62,000 nt of DNA from Vicugna vicugna (taxonomy: Eukaryota), in assembly GCA_013265495.1 (NCBI GenBank), contig MU058065.1:5764302-5826301 (forward strand). The letters are read 5' to 3'. Numbering within the stretch: position 1 is the stretch's first letter; the number at the start of each line of letters is the position of its first letter. Positions 1 to 11,150 of the stretch are shown piece by piece. The notes beneath the pieces are model-generated. The model did no database searches, had not been told where the DNA came from, and saw only the letters and a program-made list of their open reading frames with translations. A program made the translations under genes and the position numbers.

Positions 1-3000
1 GGAGACAGGCCGAGTGGGTGCAGCGGGGGCTGTGCGCTGGATTCGGGGTGGAGCACCTCTACCCCCTGACTCCCGCCTGTCCATGGCCCAGGACGGCCAT
101 ATCTACCGCCTCTTCATCCACGGCGTTGTGCTGGCCGACCAGGGCACCTACGGCTGTGAGAGCCACCACGATCGCACCCTGGCCAGGCTCAGTGTAAGGC
201 GTGAGTGCCCTGTCCTCTCCTAATGCATCGCCCACCCCATGGCACAGCCTCTCCTGGCTGGTCCAGGGCCCTTCAGACCCCCACCAAAGTGCCCCTTGCC
301 GCAAGGCAAGTCAGCTCTGGCCGACCCCCAGGAGTGTGACCTGAAGCAGCCTGCCCAAAGCAAAACTTTTCTTTTTCTAATATTTTCTATTTACCTTAGA
401 AGTCCATGTGGATTTTGCATTCCATTTCATATGTCCAAGTTGGCTTTGCTATAAACGTAAATGTTATACTCCAGAAAGATGTGCTGGGTTTATCTTTTCA
501 GTTACCTGCCCCAGGATGCATGGGCCCATCTGACAAGCAGGAAGCAGATAGCACCCCTACCCTCAAGCCCTCTATGAACTGTGTGACTTCATACAAATTA
601 CTTAACCTCTCTGAGCCAAATCTTCCTAAAAATGGAGCGGATGCCTATTTCAAGGGTCTTTGGGAACATTTGAGAAATAGCCACACAGAGCTTGGTAAAT
701 GGTTGTTGGTGGTGATATATATTCTCTTCTAATTTTATTTCATTTATTTAATCACAATAAACCTGCGTCTCAATGCTATTAGCCTTGTACAGTTGGAGAA
801 ACTAAGGCCCAGAGAGGTCAAGCCATTTGCCAAAGGTCACACAGCACACAAACTGTGTGGCAGAGCTAGGATCAAGTCCAGATGGTCTGATTCCAAATTC
901 TGTGCTCCTTCCAGTGTCACAGCACCCCTCACCCAACCTCTTCACCCCCTAACCACACATCACCCCCTTTATGTGTCCCCTCCTCCAACTCCAGTAAGCT
1001 CCTCTCTCACCCAGGTAAGGCCAGCTCTGCTCCCTTCTTTCTGCACCCTGGTCCTGTACTTTGTTCAACAGAACCTTACTAGATTGGGTGTTAGGGTGGT
1101 GCAGGCAGAGCCAAGGGGTGTGCAGGTCCCCCAAACCCCTGGCCAGATTTGGAGCCCTCATCCTTCCTCTTTCCTCATTTCCCCCCACCAGCAAGGCAGC
1201 TTAGGGTACTGCGGCCTCTGGAGGATGTGACCATCATCGAGGGGGGCAGCGCCACCTTCCAGCTGGAGCTGTCCCAGGAGGGTGTGACTGGGGAGTGGGC
1301 CCGAGGTGGAGTCCAGCTGCAGCCAGGGTCCAAGTGCCAAATTCATGCAGAGGGCCACACTCACCACCTGGTACTCAGTGGCCTGGGCCTGGCAGACTCA
1401 GGCTGCATCTCCTTCACTGCGGATGCCCTGCGCTGTGCAGCCAGACTGACTGTGAGAGGTGCGGCCTCTGGAACCATCGCCTGCCTGCTAACTGCTCTGG
1501 GTGTGACCATACTGACATCACTACCTGTGTGTCTCCCACTCACCTTGCCTGTCCCAGTGTGGCCCTTATTGACCTCCCTGCCAGAGTGTGACTCCCTTGA
1601 CCCTTTGGCCACGTGTGGCATCAGTGACTGCCCTGCCTGAGTGTGGCTCCACTGAGCCTCCAGTCCCTGTGGACCACTGGCTGTGCCGCTGTAAGATGCC
1701 TGTGCTAGGGTGGTCCCTGTTGCCTGCCTGCCTGACCGTGGCCCTGCCAACCACTCTGAAGGTGAGCTCACTGATTATGCCTGCTGCAGCCCCCTCTGCC
1801 TGCCTGAGTGTGCCCTTGTGACTACCCAAGTCCCAGTGATCCACTGACCATGCAGGAGGGTGACTCCACACCAGCAACTCTGCTTCAGGGTCCCCCAGTT
1901 TTGCTTTCAGCCCCAGTGTGTTTCCCAATGACCACATCAGCTCTAGGGTCCCACCATTGTTCCTCTAAGCCCATGGTGTCCCCACTGGCCAGTTTTTCCT
2001 GTCCATTCCAGCTAGTGTGGCCCCCACTAACCATGCCTGCCTATGGGTAACTCCACTGACATCTCTACTCCAGTTTCCGCCATTCCCCTGTACCCTCAGT
2101 ATGTCCCCCACTGACCCCCTTAAATGTGACCCCTATCTGGCCATTCCTGTCACACTGACTGCTCTGTTCCTGCTGTGTCCCTCACTGACCAGCATCCCCT
2201 TTGGACCACTTATCCCAGCATGCCCCTCACTCACTGGTGCCCTCTGTTAATCACTTTGTCTAACTATGCCCACTAGTGACCCCTTGTGCCTAAGTGTATC
2301 CTACTTCTGCTCCCAGAAGCCCCAGTGACCATTGTTCGGGGACCACAGAACCTAGAAGTGACTGAGGGTGACACAGCTACGTTCGAGTGTGAGCTTTCCC
2401 AGGCCTTGGCTGACATCACCTGGGAGAAGGTCAGAGCTCAGTCCCAGCCCAGCCCATTTCAGCTTCATAACAGCAATAACAAGGCCCCAACAGAAATAAC
2501 TAAAACTCAGTGAGTGATATGCCTGGCACTGTGCTAAAATTTATTTGCATTTAATCCTCTAACCCGTCCAGCAACCCTGTGAGGTAGGTCTTATTATCTA
2601 TAAGGAGACTGATGCTCAGTGGGGTGAAGCATTGCCCAGGGGCAGACATAGAGCCCATATTTTAATCCAGGATTCCTGATTCCAGAATCCACGCTCATGG
2701 CTGGTATGATCAGTAAATGACTCTAGGCTTCTCGCGCCTGTGACGCCCCTTCTTACACCTAAGGTTCCCAAAGGGTGCCACCTTCCCATGAGATTCCTGC
2801 CGCGGTCCCGAAGGCGCGGGATGGCCCTACCCCATAGCGTAAACCTGCCTTGAAACCGCTTGGCATCAACAGAGGGCGCCGCCGCCTACTGGGGCTGCGG
2901 CTGCCGATGCCTAACCGAGTTCACACCGACACTGTGCGACTCCCGCCCTTAGGACGGGCGCCCGCTCACTCCCAGCCCTCGGCTCAGGATCCAGTCCCTT

Positions 3001-5175
3001 GGCACTCGCCGCCTTCTTCAGCTGCGGCGCTGCGGCTCCTCAGACGCTGGGACCTACAGCTGCGCGGTGGGGATGGCCCGCGGCGGGCCCGTCCACCTGG
3101 TGGTGCACGGTGGGTACGGGGTGCTGCCCAGGCCGGGCACTGCCATGGGTGCGGGGCCTGCGGACCAGGCTTGCTTCCGGGACTCTCTCGGGTGCTTCTA
3201 AAGCGAGGACGAGATGTGGGCGTGGTCCGGTACCGCCACTCCCTCCTCACGCCCCTGACTCCGCCCCAGAGCGCAAGGTGTCGGTGCTCTCCGACCTCCA
3301 GTCGGTGCGCGCGCGGGAAGGCGATGGAGCCACATTCGAGTGCACCGTGTCGGAGGTCGAGACCACCGGGAGCTGGGAGCTCGGAGGCCGCCCGCTTAGG
3401 CCCGGAGTCCGCGTCCGCATACGACAAGAAGGTCTGGCCGACTTTCTACCCACTCTGGCCTCTCACTGCTCCGCCCCCGGCTCAGACAGACCCCGCCCTA
3501 CTAGGACAAGTCCCACCTCCAGCTCGAGTAGGCCCCGCCCCACAGCCCAAGGAGCAGTCTCCTGGTCCTTCCCAGGCCCCCAGCTTGAGCCCTCGGTCCT
3601 GGACCGCCCCTCTTTCCCCTCGGCATCCCAATTCCGCCCAGCCCCACTCACATTTACCGCCACTGAACTGACCCGGGGACCTACTGCGGCCCCATTCACA
3701 TCCCCGACCCCTCTCCAGAGGCGGCTCCGGCCTCTCTAGCGGCCCCCTTCACCCCCAGGGAAGAAACATATCCTGGTGCTGAGCGACCTGCGCGCGGAGG
3801 ACGCTGGAGAGGTCCTCTTCCAGGTGGGACCCGCCCAGTCCGTGGCTCAGCTGGAGGTTGAGGGTAAGAAACGGATGAGGACGGTCTGAAGTGGGCACTG
3901 TCTCCCCTTGGGACTGGCAGGCTGACAGCTGGTCCGGTGAACCCTGCTTCCCCGCCTCCTTCCTCGCGGGGCTCTCCTGGAGCGGGTCACAGAGGGCAGT
4001 GCGTTTCCTGGGGAGGAGGAGACTTTGAGTTTGAGGGTAGAGAGGAACTGACTGGTGGCATAGAGATCTAAGACCAGGAGTGGATGCTGCAGAGGGAGGG
4101 AAGATGCTTCTCTCCTCCTGGGGGCCCTTCGTGTCCTTATTAACTTAAGCCCTCGTCCTCCATCCCCAGCACTGCCTCTCCAGATGTGCCGCCGCCCCCC
4201 TCTTGAGAAGACGGTTCTGGTCGGGCGCCGGGCGGTGCTGGAGGTGACTGTGTCCCGCTCGGGGGGTCAAGTGTGCTGGTTGAGGGAGGGAGTCGAGCTG
4301 TGCGCGGGAGACAAGTACGAGCTGCGCAGCCATGGCCCCACCCACAGCCTGGTCATCCATGACGTGCGACCTGAGGACCAGGGCACCTACTGCTGCCAGG
4401 CTGGCCAGGACAGCGCCCACACACGGCTGCTGGTGGAGGGTAAGTAAATCCGATTGAGCAGAGGTCAGAGAGGCAGGTCAGCTGGCCAGCGGTCGCCTAG
4501 GAACCCGTGGGCTGAGACACATCTCCTGCAGGTTTTCCTGAACTTGGGATGGCAAGATGGTTCTGAGATGTGTTGGAGATGGGGAGTGAGGAGGCAGGCG
4601 GGACATCACAGCCAGGGCTGAGGAGAGAAGGGAGTCCTGTGTTCTCAACGGGAAACACTAGATTTAGGGCAGCTACTCCCACCTTTCTACACTCCTTCCT
4701 CTCTGAGCTTCTCATTCCCTCCTGCCTCTGGACCACGTTTGTCTCTCCTGAATGACCCATTTGTACTCAAGTTCCTCTCCTTCCCACCTACCCTAGTCTG
4801 TGCCCCTCACCTGTCCCTCACCCCTCCTGCTCTCTGCCCAGCTGGCTTCTCAGCCCATCTCAGTGAGCTCCACATCAGCCTGGGCAGAGGGCTCCTGAGC
4901 TAGTCCCATTTCTTTCCTCGTCCACATAAGGGATGCCCTACCCTCCACCTGAATTCCTGCATTCCCTTCAGATGCTTTGCCTTGCCCCACCTCTAACTGG
5001 CCACCTGCCCTTTCCTGCCCCTACAGACAGCCCTGACAGGAGTCCAGAAAGGGTGGAGCAGAGGGTGAGGGCCCAGTTCTTCCTGTGTAGGTGCCCAGGC
5101 TCTGCCAGGAGAGAGGAAGGTGGTACCCACTCTCTCCCCAGGCCCACTTGCTCTCATTCCTTTGCAGGTAGCTAG
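1..5175 (+). CDS. OBSL1: Obscurin-like protein 1, last 8 coding exons (C-terminal Ig domains); 5' part lies outside the window
   Basis: Exons <1-200, 1192-1458, 2317-2429, 2953-3109, 3270-3431, 3759-3863, 4170-4439, 5168-5175; all GT-AG with consistent phases. Translation gives tandem I-set Ig domains (…ADQGTYGC…, RQLRVLRPLEDVT…, PVTIVRGPQNLEVTEGDTATFECELS…, EKTVLVGRRAVLEVTVS…DQGTYCCQAGQDSAHTRLLVEGS*), matching the OBSL1 C-terminus as recalled; synteny agrees. Confidence 0.96.
560..910. mobile_element. MIR SINE fragments (two, opposite orientation)
   Basis: MIR core-like text: ctgtgtgact…ttacttaacctctctgagcc and gagaaactaaggcccagagaggtcaag…ccaaaggtcacacagc. Confidence 0.6.
2780..4450. other. 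Intragenic CpG-rich island over the 3' exons of OBSL1
   Basis: Visibly dense CpG and high GC relative to flanking introns; boundaries approximate. Confidence 0.65.
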
Positions 5176-5280
5176 GAGGACCCAAAGAGGCCAGGCAGGT
5201 GCCCTCGGACAGCTTGGAAGGCGTGTGCCCTTACCCCTGGAAGCGGTGGGGAGGGAGGGGAACCAGAGGTGTTGGGAGAC

Positions 5281-5286
5281 AATAAA
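5281..5286 (+). terminator. OBSL1: OBSL1 polyadenylation signal AATAAA
   Basis: AATAAA about 105 nt after the TAG at 5173-5175, followed by GT/T-rich sequence. Confidence 0.8.
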
Positions 5287-5462
5287 AGTGGTACAGCCCT
5301 TTTCCTGGCTCTCTGTGTGACATGGGAGGGCAGAACTTGCCTGGAGCCCCCGTGTAGTGAGTGACACAGGGAACCAAGGGCCACAGTGTTTCCAACTTGG
5401 CCCATGGAAGTGACAGCCACCAAAGACCACCACTCCTGGCAGAAGCTGCACAGTTTGGCACA

Positions 5463-5468
5463 TTTATA
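5463..5468 (-). terminator. TMEM198: Probable TMEM198 polyadenylation signal (variant TATAAA)
   Basis: + strand tttata; no canonical AATAAA seen on the minus strand between the TMEM198 stop (6190) and the OBSL1 3' end. Confidence 0.45.
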
Positions 5469-6189
5469 AAAGATGTAAAACAGGGTGGGATGGGGGGAGA
5501 CAGAAGCATGAGGTGTCCAGAGTGGCATGACAGACACCAGACATGCACCGTGCATTTAAGCCCCTCCCCCTAACCCCCTTCCCTAGCCCAGCCCAGAGCA
5601 GTACCCCCCACCCCCCTCCCCAGCCACTGCCCTCAGGCTGGTGGCTTGCAGAGAACAAGGGACCAAGGTGAGGGCTGCTGAAGTTTGCCCCATGGTCAAG
5701 GACAAGAAGCCTTAGATGAGCCTGGCTGAGAGGTGGAGGCAATGTGGGAGGAAGGCAGATCTCCTCCACTTCAACATGCAGGAGAGTGACCCATGGGACT
5801 CCAGCAGTGGGAGAAGAGGTGGGGCCACCCTTGGAGAAGCCCTACCAATCAGAAATCTAAGGCAAGGGTCCCAGTGTCCCCTCCAAGCCCATCCCTCCAA
5901 ACACACGCACACACAAGTGACACACTCACAACCCTGAGCACACCCCAATGGGGCTCACACTCGCGTCCCTCAGGAGCCCCTCGGGAGCTTGGGAGGGGGC
6001 TCTCCCCTTAGGCCAGGCTAAGACTGTGAGAGGTCCTCCCTTCTGGCAGCCAGGCCATCCCTCTCCCGGATAGGGAAAGGGACAGCCCAAGGCCACGGGC
6101 CAGGTGGGCTGAGTTGTGGCCCAGCAGGCCTCCTCAGGCTGGCAGAGCTGGTGACCGATGAGTCCAGGCAGGCAGGAGCAGCTTGACTG

Positions 6190-9100
6190 CTATACCCGCA
6201 CTGGGGGCCCCGAGCAGGCTGTCAGCGGCCCCCGAGACCCATACTCATAGTCCGCATCTGTGGGCGAGGCCATGAAGGAGCTCAGTGAGCTCCCTGTCTG
6301 CCGGTCCCGGAAGCTCTGGATGTAGCTCTGTGGGAGAGTAAACATGGGTGTGAGAGTGCCATCATGGACCCCCTGCCCTAAAAGCCACCCCAGGCAGACA
6401 TCCCCTCCCTGCACCATCACATCCTGGTCTGCTTTTGGCCTAGGACCCCATTACACCCAGAGTCCACAGCCCTGAGACCCTACCCCCATACCACACCTCA
6501 TTAAACTTCACGCTTAGGACACCTCACCCCCACCCAGCAGTTTCCCACGGGAGGGGTTATGATGGGTGGGTGGACATGCGCTAGGCCTTTTAGCCCCTAG
6601 GAAAAGCCCAGTCCTGCCTGGACAGTCTACAACCCTCCCTTCTCCACCCGGGCTGGAGTGGCTCGGGATGCTCACCGGGGAGAGGATGTCTCCATTGAAG
6701 CGTTTGATGGGCACTGGCCTGCGCCGATAAGCAGGGTCGGGGGGCCCAGGCCTTGGAGGAGCCCGGGGGCCTCTGGGAGGAGCCCTCGGGGGTCTCTTCT
6801 TGCGCCGCTTCTCCTTGCGATCTTCCTGCTGCCGAATCCGCATCAGCTGTACGCGTCGACGCTGCCGGCTGATAACCACTGTGAAGGGTTGGGCAAAGAA
6901 AGGTCTCAGAGGCCCACATGCCTCTTCTCCCCAAAGTGTGCCTGCTCTTTCCTACCCAAGGACTCCAGGCCCCCAGATTCTCCTTGTCCATAATTGCCCC
7001 CTCCTTACTTTCCTGGTCTCCCACCTCCCAGATGGGACTTCCTGCAGTTCCTTTCTTCCAAAGGTCTTTATGGAAAATTTCTAGACTCTAGGTACCTACT
7101 CCCCAGCTATTACCCTTCTCCCAATCCAGAGCCATAGGTGACTCACCTAGACTAGCTGTCATCTCTCAACTAGATAACTAAGCTGCTTCCTCACTGGTTC
7201 TCCTTCTATACTTCCCTTTTCCTTTGCTTTCTATACTTAGTAACCAGAATGAGCATCCCAAATGCTAAATTACATTATATTCTCCCTGTTTTATACCTCC
7301 AATGGCAGCTCATCACCCTTCTAATAAAGCCCAGAGTCTGCATCAATGGCCCAGGGTCCCCATGCAATCAGCATCCCTCACCCAGCACTCCAGCCCCACT
7401 TCCTCAACAGGCCAGGAATCTTCACGGGCCTTCACCCTTGGCTATTCCCTCTTCTCTAGCTCTTTGCCTGGCTTATCTTTCAGGTCTCTGCTTAAATGTC
7501 ACCTCTTCCAAGTAACCTTCCTTGGCCACTCTGTCTATATTTCACATTACCCTGCATATCACTCCACAGAACTGAAACTATCTTTTTGTTTGCATGTCTA
7601 TTTTCTCTCTCCCCCAACCCCAAATGTAACCCCATCAGGGCAGGGGCCTTTTCTGTTTTGTCTCTGCTGCATCCCCAGTGCCTGGAAATGGGCTTGGTAC
7701 AGAACCAGTGCTCTATCCATTGTTGTGGAATGAATGGTGGCACGGAGGGTGTCTCCCCAGAGAGACAGTCAGCTCTCTAACCTGACTAAGGCCTTCTGCT
7801 GCTAGTGTGTACAGCTCATTTCCCCACTCCCCAATCACTCAGCGCCTCCACCCAGCCCTAGCCTCCCAGTTCTCTTATGCCCACCCTGGCCTGGGCCCTC
7901 TCACCTTCTGTATGGGAGTCCCTCTCGGCTGTCACCCGCCACTGCACCAGAACGCCCATCAGGCTGAGCAGAGGCCAGAGTGCCAGCAGGGCCCAGCTCC
8001 GCCAGCAGAGCGGGGGAATGGGGGCAGCCCGTAGACGCTCCACCGCGTAGCGCCCCAGCAGCAGCAACTCGGCAAAGTAGTCAGCAGCGGTAGCGATGAG
8101 CGCAGCACCAGTCACAGCAGTGGCCAGGGTGGTGAGTGGGCGAGGCCAGCGCAGTGTGAGCAGGGCACAGAGAAGGCCGCCTCCCAGCAGCAGCCCCAGG
8201 GGGCCCCAAACAGAGCCAGGCTGGTAGTAGGGAGCGGAGCCCAGCAGGGCGGCAGCGGCGAGCAGCAGGCCGAGCAGCAGCCCCACCAGGAAGAGGCCCA
8301 CGCTGCGCACCAGCATGGCCACTAGCCCACAGAGCAGCCCGATGCCCAGTGCGATGCCCGCACTTGCCCCAGCACTCAGCTGAGTCTCCAGCACCCGCTC
8401 TCGGTAGCACAGCAGGAAGATGACCACTGAGCCAAACAGCAACCCAGTGAGGAAGAGTACTGCCTTGAAGCAGCGGTAACCTGGAGGGGAACAGGGGCTA
8501 GTGAGAGGCCAAAGCAAGGTTACTGGGCTGAAGGCAGGAAGTCAGAGGGGTCAGGGACATGGAATCACAAGGGAAACCATAGGCAGGACACTAATATCAG
8601 AGAACTGGGAGGGGGGTCACTGGGGTCCTGAGATTAGTAGTGAAGGGACCACTGAGGTCAAGGGAGGTCAGAGAGATAGGTCATTGGGAGTCATTGGGAA
8701 AAGAGAGAGACAGTCATTGAGATAAGCGTTGGGTCTTTAGGGGTCAGAGGAGTCAGAGATAGATCATTGGAGTCAAGAATGAATCAGTGATAGGGTCATT
8801 GGGATCTTTAAGGAGGGATTGCTCAGGGAAATGAGGTGTTCTGAAGTCAGAAAAACTTAAGAGGTGAGGTCACACAGATCAGAAAGATGAGGCCGCTGAG
8901 GGGTCTCAGGGCTTCAGAGATATGATGTTATTACAAAGAGAAGCAGAGTTATTGGGGTAGGTGTCCATGGGTTGAGGTCTTTGCAGGTCAGGAGAGATTG
9001 ACATCTGTAGGATCATTGATAGTATTAGAGGGTTTCTCAGGGAGAGTAATACTGAAGCCAGAGAAATGGTACATTGAGATCATGGTAGGAGCAATCAGAC

Positions 9101-10463
9101 AATGGGGTCATAGGGATCTCTCTATGTTAGAAGTAATAGAGAGAGTCACAGGGATAGAAGGTAATGAGATAGCTAGGGTGGTTGGGGGTCACTGGGGTTT
9201 ACAAGGGGTTGTAGGGAGTCAAAGAGGATTATAGGGGAAAATAGTGGTTATGGAGTTTCAGAAAAATGGAAATGATAGGGCCATTAGGCCCATTAAGCCC
9301 ATTAAGGGTATCTGGAAGTGTGAGGGACTTGTAGATCCTGAAAAGCTGGGAAGATGGAAGTCAGAAATGAAGATCAAGGGGTCAGGGAGAGCCAAAGAGG
9401 AAGGTCATAAAGAGGAGAGTCAGTTATGGGAATGAGAAGAAGCATTTGAGTCCTGGAGGTTCTGGGGTCAGAAAGAGGAGCAGGGCATGCACTAGGGCTC
9501 AGAGAGTCCAAGAGCCTGGGAGTCAGAGCCTCCAAGAGGGGTAGGGTGGCAGGGAAGCCCAGGAGAGTGAAGGTCAGGCTGCACTGAGCAATTGTAGAGG
9601 GAGGGGTAAGAATAGTGGAGGGGGTGAGGTGACACAGACTCCTTGGAGACCCAGCATGTGTCCTGAACCCTTAGAGGAGCTCCTCCTCCTGCCCACTCTA
9701 CAATTGTTCAGCCCAGAGTTCGGGGGTGGAAGGAGGGGAGGGACCATCTGGCTCACATCCCTGCCTACTACCCAGCCATTCTAGGGGGAGATGTAGAGGT
9801 CCCAGAGCACAAGTCACACCCCACCCCTTCCCAGACTGGAACCCAGACCTCTAAGCTTCCTTTGGACTTTATCCAACCACTTATAATGCTCTGCCTGGAG
9901 GCTTTCCTTGGAAACCTAGCCCATAATGCTCACTCCCCTATCTGAAGTTCTGTACCTTTTCTGTAGAGTCACTGGGCACTTACTCCACTAGACCATCTGG
10001 CACCTTTGTGCAAATCAGAAAAAGTTGTGCCTTCTTCTAGGCAAAGCAGCCTTGTGCCAAGGAATTAATAAGGTGCAGAGCCAGGTTCAAATTCAAGAAT
10101 ATCTAATTCAAAACCCTGTGTTCTCTAGGGTCTGGAGTCTAAATTATCTACAAACGTGTGCGATGGAAAAAAGGGGAGAGAAAAGAAAAGTAGCTATCAT
10201 GGTGGTAGTAAAGTTCTAAAGAAGATTTAGGGTGCCTCAGAAAAATAACTTGGGGAAACAGTGGAGAACCCAATTGAGGGATGAGATAAGGTCTCACCGA
10301 AGAAGCAGTAGACGACTCCAAACAGACAGCACATGATGCAGACGAGGGCCGGCAGTGCCTGGTACCTGCGCTCCAGGGGCTGTTCACAGGGTGCACCCCA
10401 GAAGGCATCATCTGGCTCAGGGGGCAGCAGCTGGAACCGCAGCGTCGCCACAGTGCCCGGCAT
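6190..10463 (-). CDS. TMEM198: Transmembrane protein 198 (LRP6/Wnt-associated multi-pass membrane protein), 360 aa
   Basis: Coding exons 10463-10298, 8480-7905, 6878-6676, 6327-6190 = 1083 nt; [19 protein letters not shown]…[10 protein letters not shown]…(hydrophobic helices)…SGPPVRV*; all GT-AG. Confidence 0.96.
7140..7740 (+). mobile_element. L2 LINE 3' fragment
   Basis: L2-like text: ctgcttaaatgtcacctcttcc…catccccagtgcctgg…ttgttgtggaatgaatg. Confidence 0.6.
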
Positions 10464-10819
10464 ATTGCTGGGAACAGAAGGGAGTCACCCTCCCAGGTCA
10501 GCCTAACAGAGAAGAAGTAGGGGTCAAGGAGGAGGCCTGGGTCCCTACCGGGATGGGGGTGAGAATGAGAGTGGGAAAACTAAACAAGGACACAGTGGAC
10601 AAAGGAGTGGTGCCCACATCATACAGCTCTGAAAGCATCCCTGAAGTAAGGAACAAAAGACAAAGGGAAACAAAAGTGCTTGGCTAGAGGGAGTCGGGAT
10701 GAAGAAGTTAAAAGGGGGACTGGGCTGGGGGAAGATGAGGGCAGTGTGCTGCCGGTGAGAAGGAGGCAGCCAGGAGACTGGTCCGTGGGAGGCTCAATCT
10801 GGGATTGTCCACGATCTAC

Positions 10820-11150
10820 CTGGGCTGGAGGCGACCTGAGCTTCTGAGCGAAAGAGGCTGTGCAGGGGCCGGCGGGGCTGGGGTTGCGGGGCTCCAGAGG
10901 TTCCAGCTGACCGGGGTCCGGTAAAAGTCCCCTGTGAGGGGAACGGGGCTGCTGGGCCGGAGGGACCAGTCCCGGCGCGGCGGCGTCGCCGCTCCGCCTC
11001 CAACACCGGCTGACACTCCAGTCCCGCGGCGTCCGGGGACTCGGACTCGGGCTGGGCCTGGGGAAGGGAAAGGAGCAGGAGCAGGGGCTCGGGCTGCCCC
11101 AGAGCCGCGGCCCCATGCCCTGAGCCCGCCCGCGGCCCTTGGTGCTGATG
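10820..11150 (-). other. TMEM198: TMEM198 5' exon 1 (5' end approximate), splicing to the acceptor at 10502
   Basis: Donor CAG|GTAGAT at 10820/10819; acceptor ctctgttag| at 10503/10502, 39 nt upstream of the ATG; lies in a CpG island. Confidence 0.6.

Noticed and set aside
2850..3739. Long overlapping ORFs (273 aa and 246 aa)
   Set aside because: Stop-poor GC-rich frames across real OBSL1 exons; only the spliced Ig segments are meaningful.
6881..6960. Possible ortholog of the human TMEM198-intronic MIR3132
   Set aside because: No convincing hairpin and no resemblance to the precursor as I recall it.
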